Both the position numbers and the translations under genes were made by a program. Below are positions 37,095-55,162 of a stretch of 64,000 nucleotides of DNA, one piece after another. The stretch's first letter is position 1; each line of letters begins with the position of its first letter. The stretch comes from Macrostomum lignano (lineage: Eukaryota). The DNA lies in the NCBI GenBank assembly GCA_002269645.1, contig NIVC01002323.1:1-64000 (forward strand). Direction: 5' to 3'. Under the pieces are notes generated by a model, which had not been told where the DNA came from, did no database searches, and saw nothing but the letters and a program-made list of their open reading frames with translations.

Positions 37095-37730
37095 AGACAG
37101 ATAGATCAGACTGGGGTTGGTGTCTCGGACAGATGGATCAGACTGGGGTTGGTGTCTCGGACAGAAGGAATCAGTCTGGGGTTGCTGTCTCGGAAAGATG
37201 GATCAGACTCGATTTGTGTCTCTGACAGATAGATCAGACTGGGATTTGTGTCTCTGACAGATAGATCAGACTGGGTTTGGTGTCTCGGACAGATGGATCA
37301 GACTGGGGTTGGTGTCTCGGACAGATGGATCAGACTGGGGTTGGTGTCTCGGACAGATGGATCAGACTGGAGTTGGTGTCTCGGACAGATGGATCAGACT
37401 GGGGTTGGTGTCTCGGACAGATATATCAGACTGGGGTTGGTGTCTCGGACAGATAGATTAGAGGGGGGTTGCTGTCTCGGACAGATAGATCAGACTGAGG
37501 TTGGTGTCTCGGACAGATAGATCAGACTGGGGTTGGTGTCTCGGACAGATAGATTAGAGGGAGGTTGGTGTCTCGGACAGATAGATCAGACTGGGGTTGG
37601 TGTCTCGGACAGATAGATTAGACTGGGGTTGGTGTCTCGGACAGTTAGATAGCTGATGTCTCGGACAGTTAGATAGCTGGTGTCTCGGACAGTTAGATAG
37701 CTGGTGTCTCGGACAGATAGATCAGAGAGA
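37095..37730. repeat. 32-bp minisatellite (TGTCTCGGACAGATGGATCAGACTGGGGTTGG)
   Basis: About 19 copies, ending in shorter variants. Confidence 0.95.
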
Positions 37731-38419
37731 GGGTTGGCTACAGCAGTAAAGATTGTTTCTTTTCTATTTTAAATATTTGCACAAACTTTTATTACCATTT
37801 TTCGGTTTATTCTTTATTTGCGAGAACCGCGAGAATATTTTTTTTTTGATTTCGAATTCATTATAAAATTTGTTAAAATTGCTGTAAAAATTAGTCAACA
37901 ATTTTTATATTTTTAATTGCTTTTCTGCTCTACTGTCACGCTTTGTTATATTAGTAGTATGTTGTGGGCATTTTGCTATTTCGTCAAAATGACAAAATGC
38001 ACGGCAACGGCAAGAAGATAAGAAATAAAAATTAATTGTTTTGCTTGACTCTGTAAAGCATAGAAAAACTATTCTGTCCCAGAATGTGCTGTATATGCTG
38101 TCTTCAGTTGCAAATCAACAACACAGTATTCTAATAAAAAACTACTAATTGAAATTATATTGAACGTCACGAAAATACAAAACCGAAAAACAAAATATGC
38201 AAGCTTTGTCGGCTGAAAAAATATGCAATCTCTTCAAGGGAAACTCAACCTAAAATTATCGTGGATTTCTGTGAGAGAGAAAACTCTCGATTCCCCCTCA
38301 TTTTAGAATTTCCTTAGCCATCGGGGTTCCCACATGTTACGATTCTTCGTACAGTTACAAGAATTTAACCAGGTTCCCCATTGTTATAACTCGTTTCAGT
38401 CATCGGCGTTCCTCCATTT

Positions 38420-39110
38420 TTTGGGATTCCCCTCAGTCATTAGGATTCACTTGTCATTAGAATTCCCCTTAGTCATTGGGATTCCCCTTAGTCATTTGGA
38501 TTCTCCACATTCATTGGGATTCCCCTCAGTCATATCGATTCCCCTCAGTCATTAGGATTCCCCGCAGTCATTAGGATTTCCCTCAATCATTGGGATTCCC
38601 CTTAGTCATTCAGATTCCCCTCAGTCATCTAGATTCCCCTCAGTCAATAGGATTCCCCTCAGTCATTAGGATTAGCTTCAATCATTGGGATTCCCCAGTC
38701 ATTAGGATTCCCACAGTCATTAGGATTCACGTCAGTCATTAAGATTAACTTCAATAATTAAGATTCCCCTCAGTCAGCTGGATACCTCTCAAAAGTTGGG
38801 ATTCCTCACAGTCATTGTCATTCCCTTCAATCATTGAGATTCCCCTCAGTCATTTGGATGCTCCACATTCATTGGGATTCCCCTCAGTCATTTGGATGCT
38901 CCACATTCATTGGGATTCCCCTCAGTCATTTGGATGCTTCACATTCATTGGGATTCCCCTCAGTCATTTGGATGCTCCACATTCATTGGGATTCCCCTCA
39001 GTCATTTGGATGCTCCACATTCATTGGGATTCCCCTCAGTCATTTGGATGCTTCACATTCATTGGGATTCCCCTCAGTCATTTGGATACTCCACATTCAT
39101 TTGGATTCCC
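38420..39110. repeat. GATTCCCCTCAGTCAT repeat grading into a 38-bp unit (GATTCCCCTCAGTCATTTGGATGCTCCACATTCATTGG)
   Basis: Short degenerate units at 38420-38830; 7 clean 38-mers at 38836-39105. Confidence 0.9.
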
Positions 39111-39189
39111 CATTTTTTCATTTCAAGATTCTCGTTAATCATTTTGATTTCAGTATTTGGGATCCCCTTCAATCTGGCAATCCTGCCAA

Positions 39190-44210
<5,021 letters not shown>

Positions 44211-44340
44211 GCTGTCCTCAGTTGACCCCTGGGCAACGGGTTGAAGTGACTCTCATTCAGACTGAGATGGGATCCAGAGTAATTAAATCGAATTAGAGCA
44301 TAATGGCACTCTGAATAGGAGTAAAAGGCGTGAAGACTAC

Positions 44341-45140
44341 AGCTGAGATTAGATATCACGATGAGATTCAAGCTCAGATTAGATATCACGATAAGATTCA
44401 AACTGAGATTAGATATCACGATGAGATTCAAGCTGAGATTAGATATCCCGACGAGATTCAAACTAGACTAGATATCACAATGAGATTTAAACTAGATTAG
44501 ATATCACGATGAGATTCAAGCTCAGATTAGATATCACGATAAGATTCAAACTGAGATTAGATATCACGATGAGATTCAAGCTGAGATTAGATATCCCGAC
44601 GAGATTCAAACTAGACTAGATATCACAATGAGATTTAAACTAGATTAGATATCACGATGAGATTCAAGCTCAGATTAGATATCACGATGAGATTCAAGCT
44701 CAGATTAGATATCACAATGAGATTTAAACTAGATTAGATATCACAATGAGATTCAAGCTGAGATTAGATATCACGATGAGATTCAAACTAGACTAGATAT
44801 CACGATGAGATTCAAGCTCAGATTAGATATCACGATGAGATTCAAGCTCAGATTAGATATCACGATGAGACTCAAGCTGAGATTAGATATAGGTTTCAAG
44901 CTGAGATTAGATACCACTATGAGATTCAAACTAGATTACATATCACGATGGGATTCAAGCTGAGATTAGATATCACGATGAGATTTAAGCTGAGATTAGA
45001 TATCATGATGATATTCAAGTTTAAATTAGATATCACGATGAGATTTAAGCTGAGATTAGATAGCACTATGAGATTCAAACTCCACGATGAGATTCAAACT
45101 AGATTACATATCACGATGGGATTCAAGCTGAGATTAGATT
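44341..45140. repeat. 30-bp minisatellite (GAGATTAGATATCACGATGAGATTCAAGCT)
   Basis: About 26 copies. Confidence 0.95.
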
Positions 45141-45550
45141 AAAACAGTGCAAAAGACACTTGCCAGGTAAAAAAATAGTTTATGCTTCAAGGCCTCAGCA
45201 GCGCTGCCAGCTAAAGTCAATCTCGCTGATTGACAGGGCTGTTCCAAAGAATAGAAAATTCTAATCCCACAGGAGATGGGAATTGCTAAAACCTAATCAA
45301 GTATAGCAATAGGAGACTGTCGCCAGACCTAACAGGACCTGCGGTAACAGGACCAGAGGACGGCCTTTGATTAGTTTGTCTTCGATAAGAGCAGGTCGCT
45401 ATAAGCGTTGGATTCTGGCCAAAAAACCGCGGTTTTCCAGCTCTTCACACGGCTGCCTAAATCAACTAAAGCATCGGATTGCTCACGGACCAATGATTTG
45501 CTGCCAGCCACACCCGACCTCCATGCATCCCGGATTGGGTGCCAGGCAGG

Positions 45551-48500
45551 CAGTCAGTCAGTCAGTCAGTCAGTCAGTCAGTCAGTCAGTCAGTCACCCA
45601 CTCACTCAAGTCAGTCAGTCAGTCAGTCACCCACTCACTCAAGTCAGTCAGTCAGTCAGTCAGTCAGTCAGTCAGTCAGTCAGTCACCCACTCACTCAAG
45701 TCAGTCAGTCAGTCAGTCAGTCAGTCAGTCAGTCAGTCAGTCAGTCAGTCAGTCAGTCAGTCACCCACTCACTCAAGTCAGTCAGTCAGTCAGTCAGTCA
45801 GTCAGTCAGTCAGTCAGTCAGTCAGTCACCCACTCACTCAAGTCAGTCAGTCAGTCAGTCAGTCAGTCAGTCAGTCAGTCAGTCAGTCAGTCAGTCAGTC
45901 AGTCAGTCAGTCAGTCAGTCAGTCAGTCAGTCAGTCAGTCAGTCAGTCAGTCAGTCAGTCAGTCAGTCAGTCAGTCAGTCAGTCAGTCAGTCAGTCAGTC
46001 AGTCAGTCAGTCAGTCAGTCAGTCAGTCAGTCAGTCAGTCAGTCAGTCAGTCAGTCAGTCAGTCAGTCAGTCAGTCAGTCAGTCAGTCAGTCAGTCAGTC
46101 AGTCAGTCAGTCAGTCAGTCAGTCACCCACTCACTCAAGTCAGTCAGTCAGTCAGTCAGTCAGTCAGTCAGTCAGTCAGTCAGTCACCCACTCACTCAAG
46201 TCAGTCAGTCAGTCAGTCAGTCAGTCAGTCAGTCAGTCAGTCAGTCAGTCAGTCAGTCAGTCAGTCAGTCAGTCAGTCAGTCAGTCAGTCAGTCAGTCAG
46301 TCAGTCAGTCAGTCAGTCAGTCAGTCAGTCAGTCAGTCAGTCAGTCAGTCAGTCAGTCAGTCAGTCACCCACTCACTCAAGTCAGTCAGTCAGTCAGTCA
46401 GTCAGTCAGTCAGTCAGTCAGTCAGTCAGTCACCCACTCACTCAAGTCAGTCAGTCAGTCAGTCAGTCAGTCAGTCAGTCAGTCAGTCAGTCAGTCAGTC
46501 AGTCACCCACTCACTCAAGTCAGTCAGTCAGTCAGTCAGTCAGTCAGTCAGTCAGTCAGTCAGTCAGTCACCCACTCACTCAAGTCAGTCAGTCAGTCAG
46601 TCAGTCAGTCAGTCAGTCAGTCAGTCAGTCAGTCAGTCAGTCAGTCAGTCAGTCAGTCAGTCACCCACTCACTCAAGTCAGTCAGTCAGTCAGTCAGTCA
46701 GTCAGTCAGTCAGTCAGTCAGTCAGTCAGTCAGTCAGTCAGTCAGTCAGTCAGTCAGTCAGTCAGTCAGTCAGTCAGTCAGTCAGTCAGTCAGTCAGTCA
46801 GTCAGTCAGTCAGTCAGTCAGTCAGTCAGTCAGTCAGTCAGTCACCCACTCACTCAAGTCAGTCAGTCAGTCAGTCAGTCAGTCAGTCAGTCAGTCAGTC
46901 AGTCAGTCAGTCAGTCAGTCAGTCAGTCAGTCAGTCAGTCAGTCAGTCAGTCAGTCAGTCAGTCACCCACTCACTCAAGTCAGTCAGTCAGTCAGTCAGT
47001 CAGTCAGTCAGTCAGTCAGTCACCCACTCACTCAAGTCAGTCAGTCAGTCAGTCAGTCAGTCAGTCAGTCAGTCAGTCAGTCAGTCAGTCAGTCAGTCAC
47101 CCACTCACTCAAGTCAGTCAGTCAGTCAGTCAGTCAGTCAGTCAGTCAGTCAGTCAGTCAGTCACCCACTCACTCAAGTCAGTCAGTCAGTCAGTCAGTC
47201 AGTCAGTCAGTCAGTCAGTCAGTCAGTCAGTCAGTCAGTCAGTCAGTCAGTCAGTCAGTCAGTCAGTCAGTCAGTCAGTCAGTCAGTCAGTCAGTCAGTC
47301 AGTCAGTCAGTCAGTCAGTCAGTCAGTCAGTCAGTCAGTCAGTCAGTCAGTCAGTCAGTCAGTCAGTCAGTCAGTCAGTCAGTCAGTCAGTCAGTCAGTC
47401 AGTCAGTCAGTCAGTCAGTCAGTCAGTCAGTCAGTCAGTCAGTCAGTCAGTCAGTCAGTCAGTCAGTCAGTCAGTCAGTCAGTCAGTCAGTCAGTCACCC
47501 ACTCACTCAAGTCAGTCAGTCAGTCAGTCAGTCAGTCAGTCAGTCAGTCAGTCAGTCACCCACCCACTCACTCAAGTCAGTCAGTCAGTCAGTCAGTCAG
47601 TCAGTCAGTCAGTCAGTCAGTCAGTCAGTCAGTCAGTCAGTCAGTCAGTCAGTCAGTCAGTCAGTCAGTCAGTCAGTCAGTCAGTCAGTCAGTCAGTCAG
47701 TCAGTCAGTCAGTCAGTCAGTCAGTCAGTCAGTCAGTCAGTCAGTCACCCACTCACTCAAGTCAGTCAGTCAGTCAGTCAGTCAGTCAGTCAGTCAGTCA
47801 GTCAGTCAGTCAGTCAGTCAGTCAGTCAGTCAGTCAGTCAGTCAGTCAGTCAGTCAGTCAGTCAGTCAGTCAGTCAGTCACCCACTCACTCAAGTCAGTC
47901 AGTCAGTCAGTCAGTCAGTCAGTCAGTCAGTCAGTCAGTCAGTCACCCACTCACTCAAGTCAGTCAGTCAGTCAGTCAGTCAGTCAGTCAGTCAGTCAGT
48001 CAGTCAGTCAGTCAGTCAGTCAGTCAGTCAGTCAGTCAGTCAGTCAGTCAGTCAGTCAGTCAGTCAGTCAGTCAGTCAGTCAGTCAGTCAGTCAGTCAGT
48101 CAGTCAGTCAGTCAGTCAGTCAGTCAGTCAGTCAGTCAGTCAGTCAGTCAGTCAGTCAGTCAGTCAGTCAGTCAGTCACCCACTCACTCAAGTCAGTCAG
48201 TCAGTCAGTCAGTCAGTCAGTCAGTCAGTCAGTCAGTCAGTCACCCACTCACTCAAGTCAGTCAGTCAGTCAGTCAGTCAGTCAGTCAGTCAGTCAGTCA
48301 CCCACTCACTCAAGTCAGTCAGTCAGTCAGTCAGTCAGTCAGTCAGTCAGTCATTCAGTCAGTCAGTCAGTCAGTCACCCACCCACTCACTCAAGTCAGT
48401 CAGTCAGTCAGTCAGTCAGTCAGTCAGTCAGTCAGTCAGTCAGTCAGTCAGTCAGTCAGTCAGTCAGTCACCCACTCACTCAAGTCAGTCAGTCAGTCAG

Positions 48501-50453
48501 TCAGTCAGTCAGTCAGTCAGTCAGTCAGTCAGTCAGTCAGTCAGTCAGTCAGTCAGTCAGTCAGTCAGTCAGTCAGTCAGTCAGTCAGTCAGTCAGTCAG
48601 TCAGTCAGTCAGTCAGTCAGTCAGTCAGTCAGTCAGTCAGTCAGTCAGTCACCCACTCACTCAAGTCAGTCAGTCAGTCAGTCAGTCAGTCAGTCAGTCA
48701 GTCAGTCAGTCAGTCAGTCAGTCAGTCAGTCAGTCAGTCAGTCAGTCAGTCAGTCAGTCAGTCAGTCAGTCACCCACTCACTCAAGTCAGTCAGTCAGTC
48801 AGTCAGTCAGTCAGTCAGTCAGTCAGTCACCCACTCACTCAAGTCAGTCAGTCAGTCAGTCAGTCAGTCAGTCAGTCAGTCAGTCAGTCAGTCAGTCAGT
48901 CAGTCACCCACTCACTCAAGTCAGTCAGTCAGTCAGTCAGTCAGTCAGTCAGTCAGTCAGTCAGTCAGTCAGTCACCCACTCACTCAAGTCAGTCAGTCA
49001 GTCAGTCAGTCAGTCAGTCAGTCAGTCAGTCACCCACTCACTCAAGTCAGTCAGTCAGTCAGTCAGTCAGTCAGTCAGTCAGTCAGTCAGTCAGTCAGTC
49101 AGTCAGTCAGTCAGTCAGTCAGTCAGTCAGTCAGTCAGTCAGTCAGTCAGTCAGTCAGTCAGTCACCCACTCACTCAAGTCAGTCAGTCAGTCAGTCAGT
49201 CAGTCAGTCAGTCAGTCAGTCAGTCAGTCAGTCAGTCAGTCAGTCAGTCAGTCAGTCAGTCAGTCAGTCAGTCAGTCAGTCAGTCAGTCAGTCAGTCAGT
49301 CAGTCAGTCAGTCAGTCAGTCAGTCAGTCAGTCAGTCAGTCAGTCAGTCAGTCAGTCAGTCAGTCAGTCAGTCACCCACTCACTCAAGTCAGTCAGTCAG
49401 TCAGTCAGTCAGTCAGTCAGTCAGTCACCCACTCACTCAAGTCAGTCAGTCAGTCAGTCAGTCAGTCACCCACTCACTCAAGTCAGTCAGTCAGTCAGTC
49501 AGTCAGTCAGTCAGTCAGTCAGTCAGTCAGTCACCCACTCACTCAAGTCAGTCAGTCAGTCAGTCAGTCAGTCAGTCAGTCAGTCAGTCAGTCAGTCAGT
49601 CAGTCAGTCAGTCAGTCAGTCAGTCAGTCAGTCAGTCAGTCAGTCAGTCAGTCAGTCAGTCAGTCAGTCAGTCAGTCAGTCAGTCAGTCAGTCAGTCAGT
49701 CAGTCAGTCAGTCAGTCAGTCAGTCAGTCAGTCAGTCAGTCAGTCAGTCAGTCAGTCAGTCAGTCAGTCAGTCAGTCAGTCAGTCAGTCAGTCAGTCAGT
49801 CAGTCAGTCAGTCAGTCAGTCAGTCAGTCAGTCAGTCCCACAGTCAGTCTCAAGTCAGTCAGTCAGTCAGTCAGTCAGTCAGTCAGTCAGTCAGTCAGTC
49901 ACCCACTCACTCAAGTCAGTCAGTCAGTCAGTCAGTCAGTCAGTCAGTCAGTCAGTCAGTCAGTCAGTCAGTCAGTCAGTCAGTCAGTCAGTCAGTCAGT
50001 CAGTCAGTCAGTCAGTCAGTCAGTCAGTCAGTCAGTCAGTCAGTCAGTCAGTCAGTCAGTCAGTCAGTCAGTCAGTCAGTCACCCACTCACTCAAGTCAG
50101 TCAGTCAGTCAGTCAGTCAGTCAGTCAGTCAGTCAGTCAGTCAGTCACCCACTCACTCAAGTCAGTCAGTCAGTCAGTCAGTCAGTCAGTCAGTCAGTCA
50201 GTCAGTCAGTCAGTCAGTCAGTCAGTCAGTCAGTCAGTCAGTCAGTCACCCACTCACTCAAGTCAGTCAGTCAGTCAGTCAGTCAGTCAGTCAGTCAGTC
50301 AGTCACCCACTCACTCAAGTCAGTCAGTCAGTCAGTCAGTCAGTCAGTCAGTCAGTCAGTCACCCACTCACTCAAGTCAGTCAGTCAGTCAGTCAGTCAG
50401 TCAGTCAGTCAGTCAGTCAGTCAGTCAGTCAGTCAGTCAGTCAGTCAGTCAGT
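45551..50453. repeat. 4.9-kb (GTCA)n array punctuated by about 45 copies of CACCCACTCACTCAAG
   Basis: Direct observation; explains the three ~1700 aa SQSV ORFs. Confidence 0.99.
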
Positions 50454-50814
50454 ATTTTTTAACTGTCTCTAAAACGGTGTGGGAAACAAATTGTTAAAAA
50501 AGAAGAGTAAGAGAGAACTTAAGCGGGCCACAACACGTTCCACTGCGTGCTCTCCGCAAATCAAGTATTTGAGTAGCCTGTATTTGCTCATTTTGCATAT
50601 GCGGCATGCATGAGACTCGCTATGGACGAACTAAACTTCCTAGATTAGCTTAGCTATGCACGAAGGAAGATTAAGAGCTAAGTTCGGTAGCCGTCTGCAG
50701 AAACAGCCAGATTAAAGTGGATGAAGCTGCAGTCCCAGTTGACTCAAGAGTCTTACTACTTCGAGTATATGATGTAGCGCGGGTTGCGGAGGCGCTGAAG
50801 CCGAGAAGAGGGGT

Positions 50815-50920
50815 GTCAGAGAGGGGTGTGTGTCCGAGGGGTGTCATAAACTGACTCAGTGTGTGTCCGAGGGGTGTCATAAACTGACTCAGTGTGTGTG
50901 TCAGAGGGGTGTCATAAACT
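50815..50920. repeat. 33-bp short tandem repeat (GTGTGTCCGAGGGGTGTCATAAACTGACTCAGT), 2-3 copies
   Basis: Direct observation. Confidence 0.85.
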
Positions 50921-51024
50921 CATTCTCAAACACATCTATGTGCCAAAAATTTGTCAGAAACCGTACTGTTAAAATGTGTTGTTGTCATGGTAACGAATCT
51001 GAACAAGTGCTTTCAGACGTTGTT

Positions 51025-51535
51025 CAACCAATCAATCAATCGATCAATCAATCAATCAACCAATCAACAAATTAATCAATTAATCAAACAATCTGCCAAT
51101 CAACCAATCAACCAATCAATCAGTCAACCAACCAATCAATCAATTAATGAATCTACCAATCTACTAACCAATCAATCAACCAATCAATTAATGAATTTAC
51201 CAATCTACCAATCGATAAATCAACCAATTAATCAACTAATCAATCAATTAATCAATCAATCAATCAACCAACCAATCAATAATCAATTAATGAATTTACC
51301 AATCTACCAATCGATAAATCAACCAATTAATCAACTAATCAATCAATTAATCAATCAATCAATCAACCAACCAATCAATAATCAATCAACCAATCAATCA
51401 ACCAATCAATTAATGAATTTACCAATCTACCAATCGATAAATCAACCAATTAATCAACTAATCAATCAATTAATCAATCAATCAATCAACCAAACAATCA
51501 ATTATTCAATTAATCAATCAATCAACACATCAGCC
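51025..51535. repeat. Degenerate (CAAT)n repeat with internal ~70-bp duplications
   Basis: The block ATGAATTTACCAATCTACCAATCGATAAATCAACC occurs three times. Confidence 0.9.
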
Positions 51536-51676
51536 AATGCAGCAATAAAACAGTCAGTAAAAATCAAAAGACAGGATATCGGGCCGAGAAAATCAATCTC
51601 AAAAAGTAAAAAAGCAAAGCAACAATAGCCGATATATTTGTCTCCGAGACACCATACCACTCAAGCTGCATAGCAA

Positions 51677-54600
51677 CTATGTCTGTCCGTTGATCTGGTC
51701 CGCCTCGGCCACAGCCACCTGGACAGTGGCACAAACCGCGGTGGAACCCAACTGGTGGGACATTGCTCGCTGCAGTGAGCCAGTTCTGGGCCTGCCGGAG
51801 ACAGACCTTTGCCTGCTAAAAGCCAGGGGCTCGGCTGTGCCCGCTAAGCTGGAGCTCAGCGTGGTCGAAATCGATTGGCGATCGTCCAGTCGCTTTATTC
51901 TGCGATCGGCGTAGCAGGGAAACTTCTCGCGAAGAATTCGATCGCATACCTGCGGGAGAGGGATTGGATTTGCTGACATACCTGACATACCTGACATACC
52001 TGACATACCTGACATACCTGACATACCTGATATACTTTACATACTTGGCATACCTGGCATACCTGACATAACTGACATACCTGACATACCTGACATACTT
52101 GACATACCTGACATACTTGACATACCTGATATACCTGAAATACCTGACATACCTGACATACCTGACATACCTGACATACCTGACATACCTAACATACCTG
52201 ACATACCTGACATACCTGACATACCTGACATACCTGACATACCTGACATACCTGACATACCTGACATACCTGATATACTTTACATACCTGACATACCTGA
52301 CATACCTGACATACCTGACATACCTGACATACCTGACATACCTGACATACCTGACATACCTGACATACCTGACATACCTGACATACCTGACATACCTGAC
52401 ATACCTGACATACCTGACATACCTGACATACCTTACATACCTGACATACCTGACATACCTGACATACCTGACATACCTGACATACCTGACATACCTGACA
52501 TACCTGACATACCTGACATACCTGACATACCTGATATACTTTACATACTTGACAGTGATTAACAGACATACCTGACAGATAGGATGTGTAAAACAGTCAG
52601 ATATACGTCAGACGAGTCAAAGATGTGTCAGATAACAAGTCAGAGATGTGTCAGACAAAGATTCAGAGATGTGTCAGACAAAGAGTCAGAGATGTGTCTG
52701 ACAAGGAGTCAGAGATGTGTCAGACAAAGATTCAGAGATGTGTCAGACAAAGAGTCAGAGATGTGTCAGACAAGGAGTCAGAGATGTGTCAGACAAAGAG
52801 TCAGAGATGTGTCAGACAAGGAGTCAGAGATGTGTCAGACAAAGAGTCAGAGATGTGTCAGACAAGGAGTCAGAGATGTGTCAGACAAAGAGTCAGAGAT
52901 TTGTCAGACAAGGAGTCAGAGATGTGTCAGACAAAGAGTCAGAGATGTGTCAGACAAGGAGTCAGAGATGTGTCTGACAAGGAGTCAGACATGTGTCAGA
53001 CAAAGAGTCAGAGATGTGTCAAACAAAGAGTCAATAGATATCAATCAAAACACTGCTGAGACTCTCCGCCTCACCGTAGCGGAGGCCCTGCGGGCGCCTT
53101 CGATTTCAACCTGGGCGAACCTCGCCCAGGTGCCGGACCCATTGGTTTTGCGGTTAAGAACCGCCCGCATCAGGCGGATTCGACAGCCGGTGAACCGCGC
53201 AATTTTGCCAATGGTTGGCGCGTGATAAGCGAACATTTCCGTGACCTCGGGTGAGGTCAGCGCCAGGAACACCTGATGGGATTGCGTCTCCTTGGGCTCG
53301 TTTCCAAAGTCTGTGGGTCGGAGCGATCAGAGTTAGAGTAGATGCTCTTATGAGAAATGAGAATCTGAATGAGACAGAGTAGATACTCATATGAGAATCT
53401 CAATGAGACAGAGTAGATACTCATATGAGAATCTCAATGAGACAGGGTAGATACTCAAATGAGAATCTGAATGAGACAGAGTAGATACTCATATGCGAAT
53501 CTCAATGAGACAGAGTAGATACTCATATGAGAATCTCAATGAGACAGAGTAGATACTCATATGAGAATCTCAACGAGACAGGGTAGATACTCATATGAGA
53601 ATCTCAATGAGACAGAGTAGATACTCATATGAGAATCTCAATGAGACAGGGTTGATACTCTTATGAGAATCTCAATGAGAAAGAGTAGAGACTTTATGAG
53701 AATCTCAATGAGACATAGTAGATTCTCTTATATTCTTAACGAGAACGCCAGTGTAGATAACTACTATAAAAAGCCAAAAGCCGGATTGGGAGTGCATTCT
53801 GTACTTAATTGTGGTTCTTTAATTGGAATTGGAATGGCCAGATTAATATCCGCACTAACTTCTTGAACGGCGAAGTTTCCGCAGCCTCTGGTACTTGGTC
53901 ATGCCCAGAGCGAGATAGCGGCTCTTGAGCAGGGCGCTCACGCCGCTGCTCCGTCCGTCAGATGCCGTTGTCAGATCGTCATTGCCGACTGTGGTGCTGC
54001 CGTCTGGCGGATTCCAGAACTCCAACAGCGAGTTCTCGCCTGATTCGACAGTCGAGTCCGCCGTTTCCTGGATTCGAACTCGGGCTGCAGACTTACCGTG
54101 CTGCGGTTCGCCTTCACCTGAGGCCGATTTGGTTGAATAAAGTTTCCGAACACTTTTGAGCGATTTTTGTTCCGACTGCGGCTTCGCTGTCTCTTGCAGT
54201 GGAGCCAGTTTCAATGATGACAATTTTTTAGCGATTTTAACTGGAACTTTCTGATCGAACTTCGGTCGTGGGAGCTGCTTTGAAGAAATCTTGATCGTGG
54301 ACTTTTGTATTGCCTGAGTCAGCTGGCCCTCTACCTTGCCTGGAAGTCCCATGCTCAACTGTCTGTTCTCCGTTTTAACAAGCGTAGCGAGCTGCTTGTT
54401 GTCGGTCTTCTCCGTGTGGCCCGTTTGAGGCATGACGCTGCGTGCCGATCCGTATGCCATTTTGCTGCTGTGGTCCAAGTACTTGGAGACATCTTGGAAC
54501 TGCTTTGCTCGATCGGCTTTGTCTCCTGTGAAAGATTGGAAGTATTTTACTGGTGCTGCAAGCTCAGCTGCAGGCTGCTTGACGTCCTTCATCACCGATG

Positions 54601-55162
54601 CTGGTGCAAACCCAGCTGCTGCAGGCTGGTTGACGTCCTTCACCGGTGCTGGTGCAGACTCAGCGGCTGCAGGCTGATTGACGTCCTTGACCGGTGCTGG
54701 TGCAGACCCAGCTGCTGCAGGCTGGTTGACGTCCTTCACCGGTGCTGGTGCAGACCCAGCTGCTGCAGGCTGGTTGACGTCCTTCACCGGTGCTGGTGCA
54801 GACTCAGCTGCTGCAGGCTGGTTGACGTCCTTCACCGGTGCCCCCACTGTCGGAATGCACATTTCTTCAACCGTTTCGGATGTACAAGAGCCACTATAAT
54901 AATCTTCCTCGTCATCATACTCGTCGTTTTGACCGAAATTCTGTTGCAGCAACAGGCCGCCTAAGGATTCGAACTCCGTGTGCACAAAGCGTTCAGGTGC
55001 GTCCGAAGATTCCGCAGAGACAACGGAAGCAGCGTTGGTATTAATAAGGGAGGCTGCTGGGCAGGCCATGTGCTGCTGGATTTCCAATTGATGTCGCTGT
55101 CGGCCAAACTTGAGGCCTTTGCTCCGCCTCGCAGTGCAGTGCAGCGGCCTCTTCCGTGGCAT
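51677..55162 (-). CDS. Uncharacterised ~603-aa protein with an N-terminal disordered/repeat region and a C-terminal degenerate KH-like domain; exons 55162-53860, 53310-53075, 51949-51677
   Basis: Splice phases are compatible (A|AC, ACG|GTA) and the total is 1812 nt. The spliced product reads QVFLALTSPEVTEMFAYHAPTIGKIARFTGCRIRL...FAQVEIEGARRASATVCDRILREKFP, which has the KH-type 'I...TG.RI.L...V.I.G' pattern but no GxxG loop. The 3' end is uncertain. Confidence 0.7.
51973..52575. repeat. 9-bp repeat (ACATACCTG)n in KH-like gene intron
   Basis: About 60 copies. Confidence 0.97.
52620..53035. repeat. 23-bp minisatellite (GTCAGACAAAGAGTCAGAGATGT) in KH-like gene intron
   Basis: About 18 copies. 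Confidence 0.95.
53350..53720. repeat. 34-bp minisatellite (GAGACAGAGTAGATACTCATATGAGAATCTCAAT) in KH-like gene intron
   Basis: About 10 copies. Confidence 0.95.
54575..54840 (-). repeat. Coding 48-bp repeat encoding APAPVKDVNQPAAA(E/G)S, about 5 copies
   Basis: In frame within the 55162-53860 exon. Confidence 0.9.

Noticed and set aside
45367-50497. Three ~1700-aa SQSV-repeat ORFs
   Set aside because: (GTCA)n has no stop codon in any + frame; these are microsatellite artefacts
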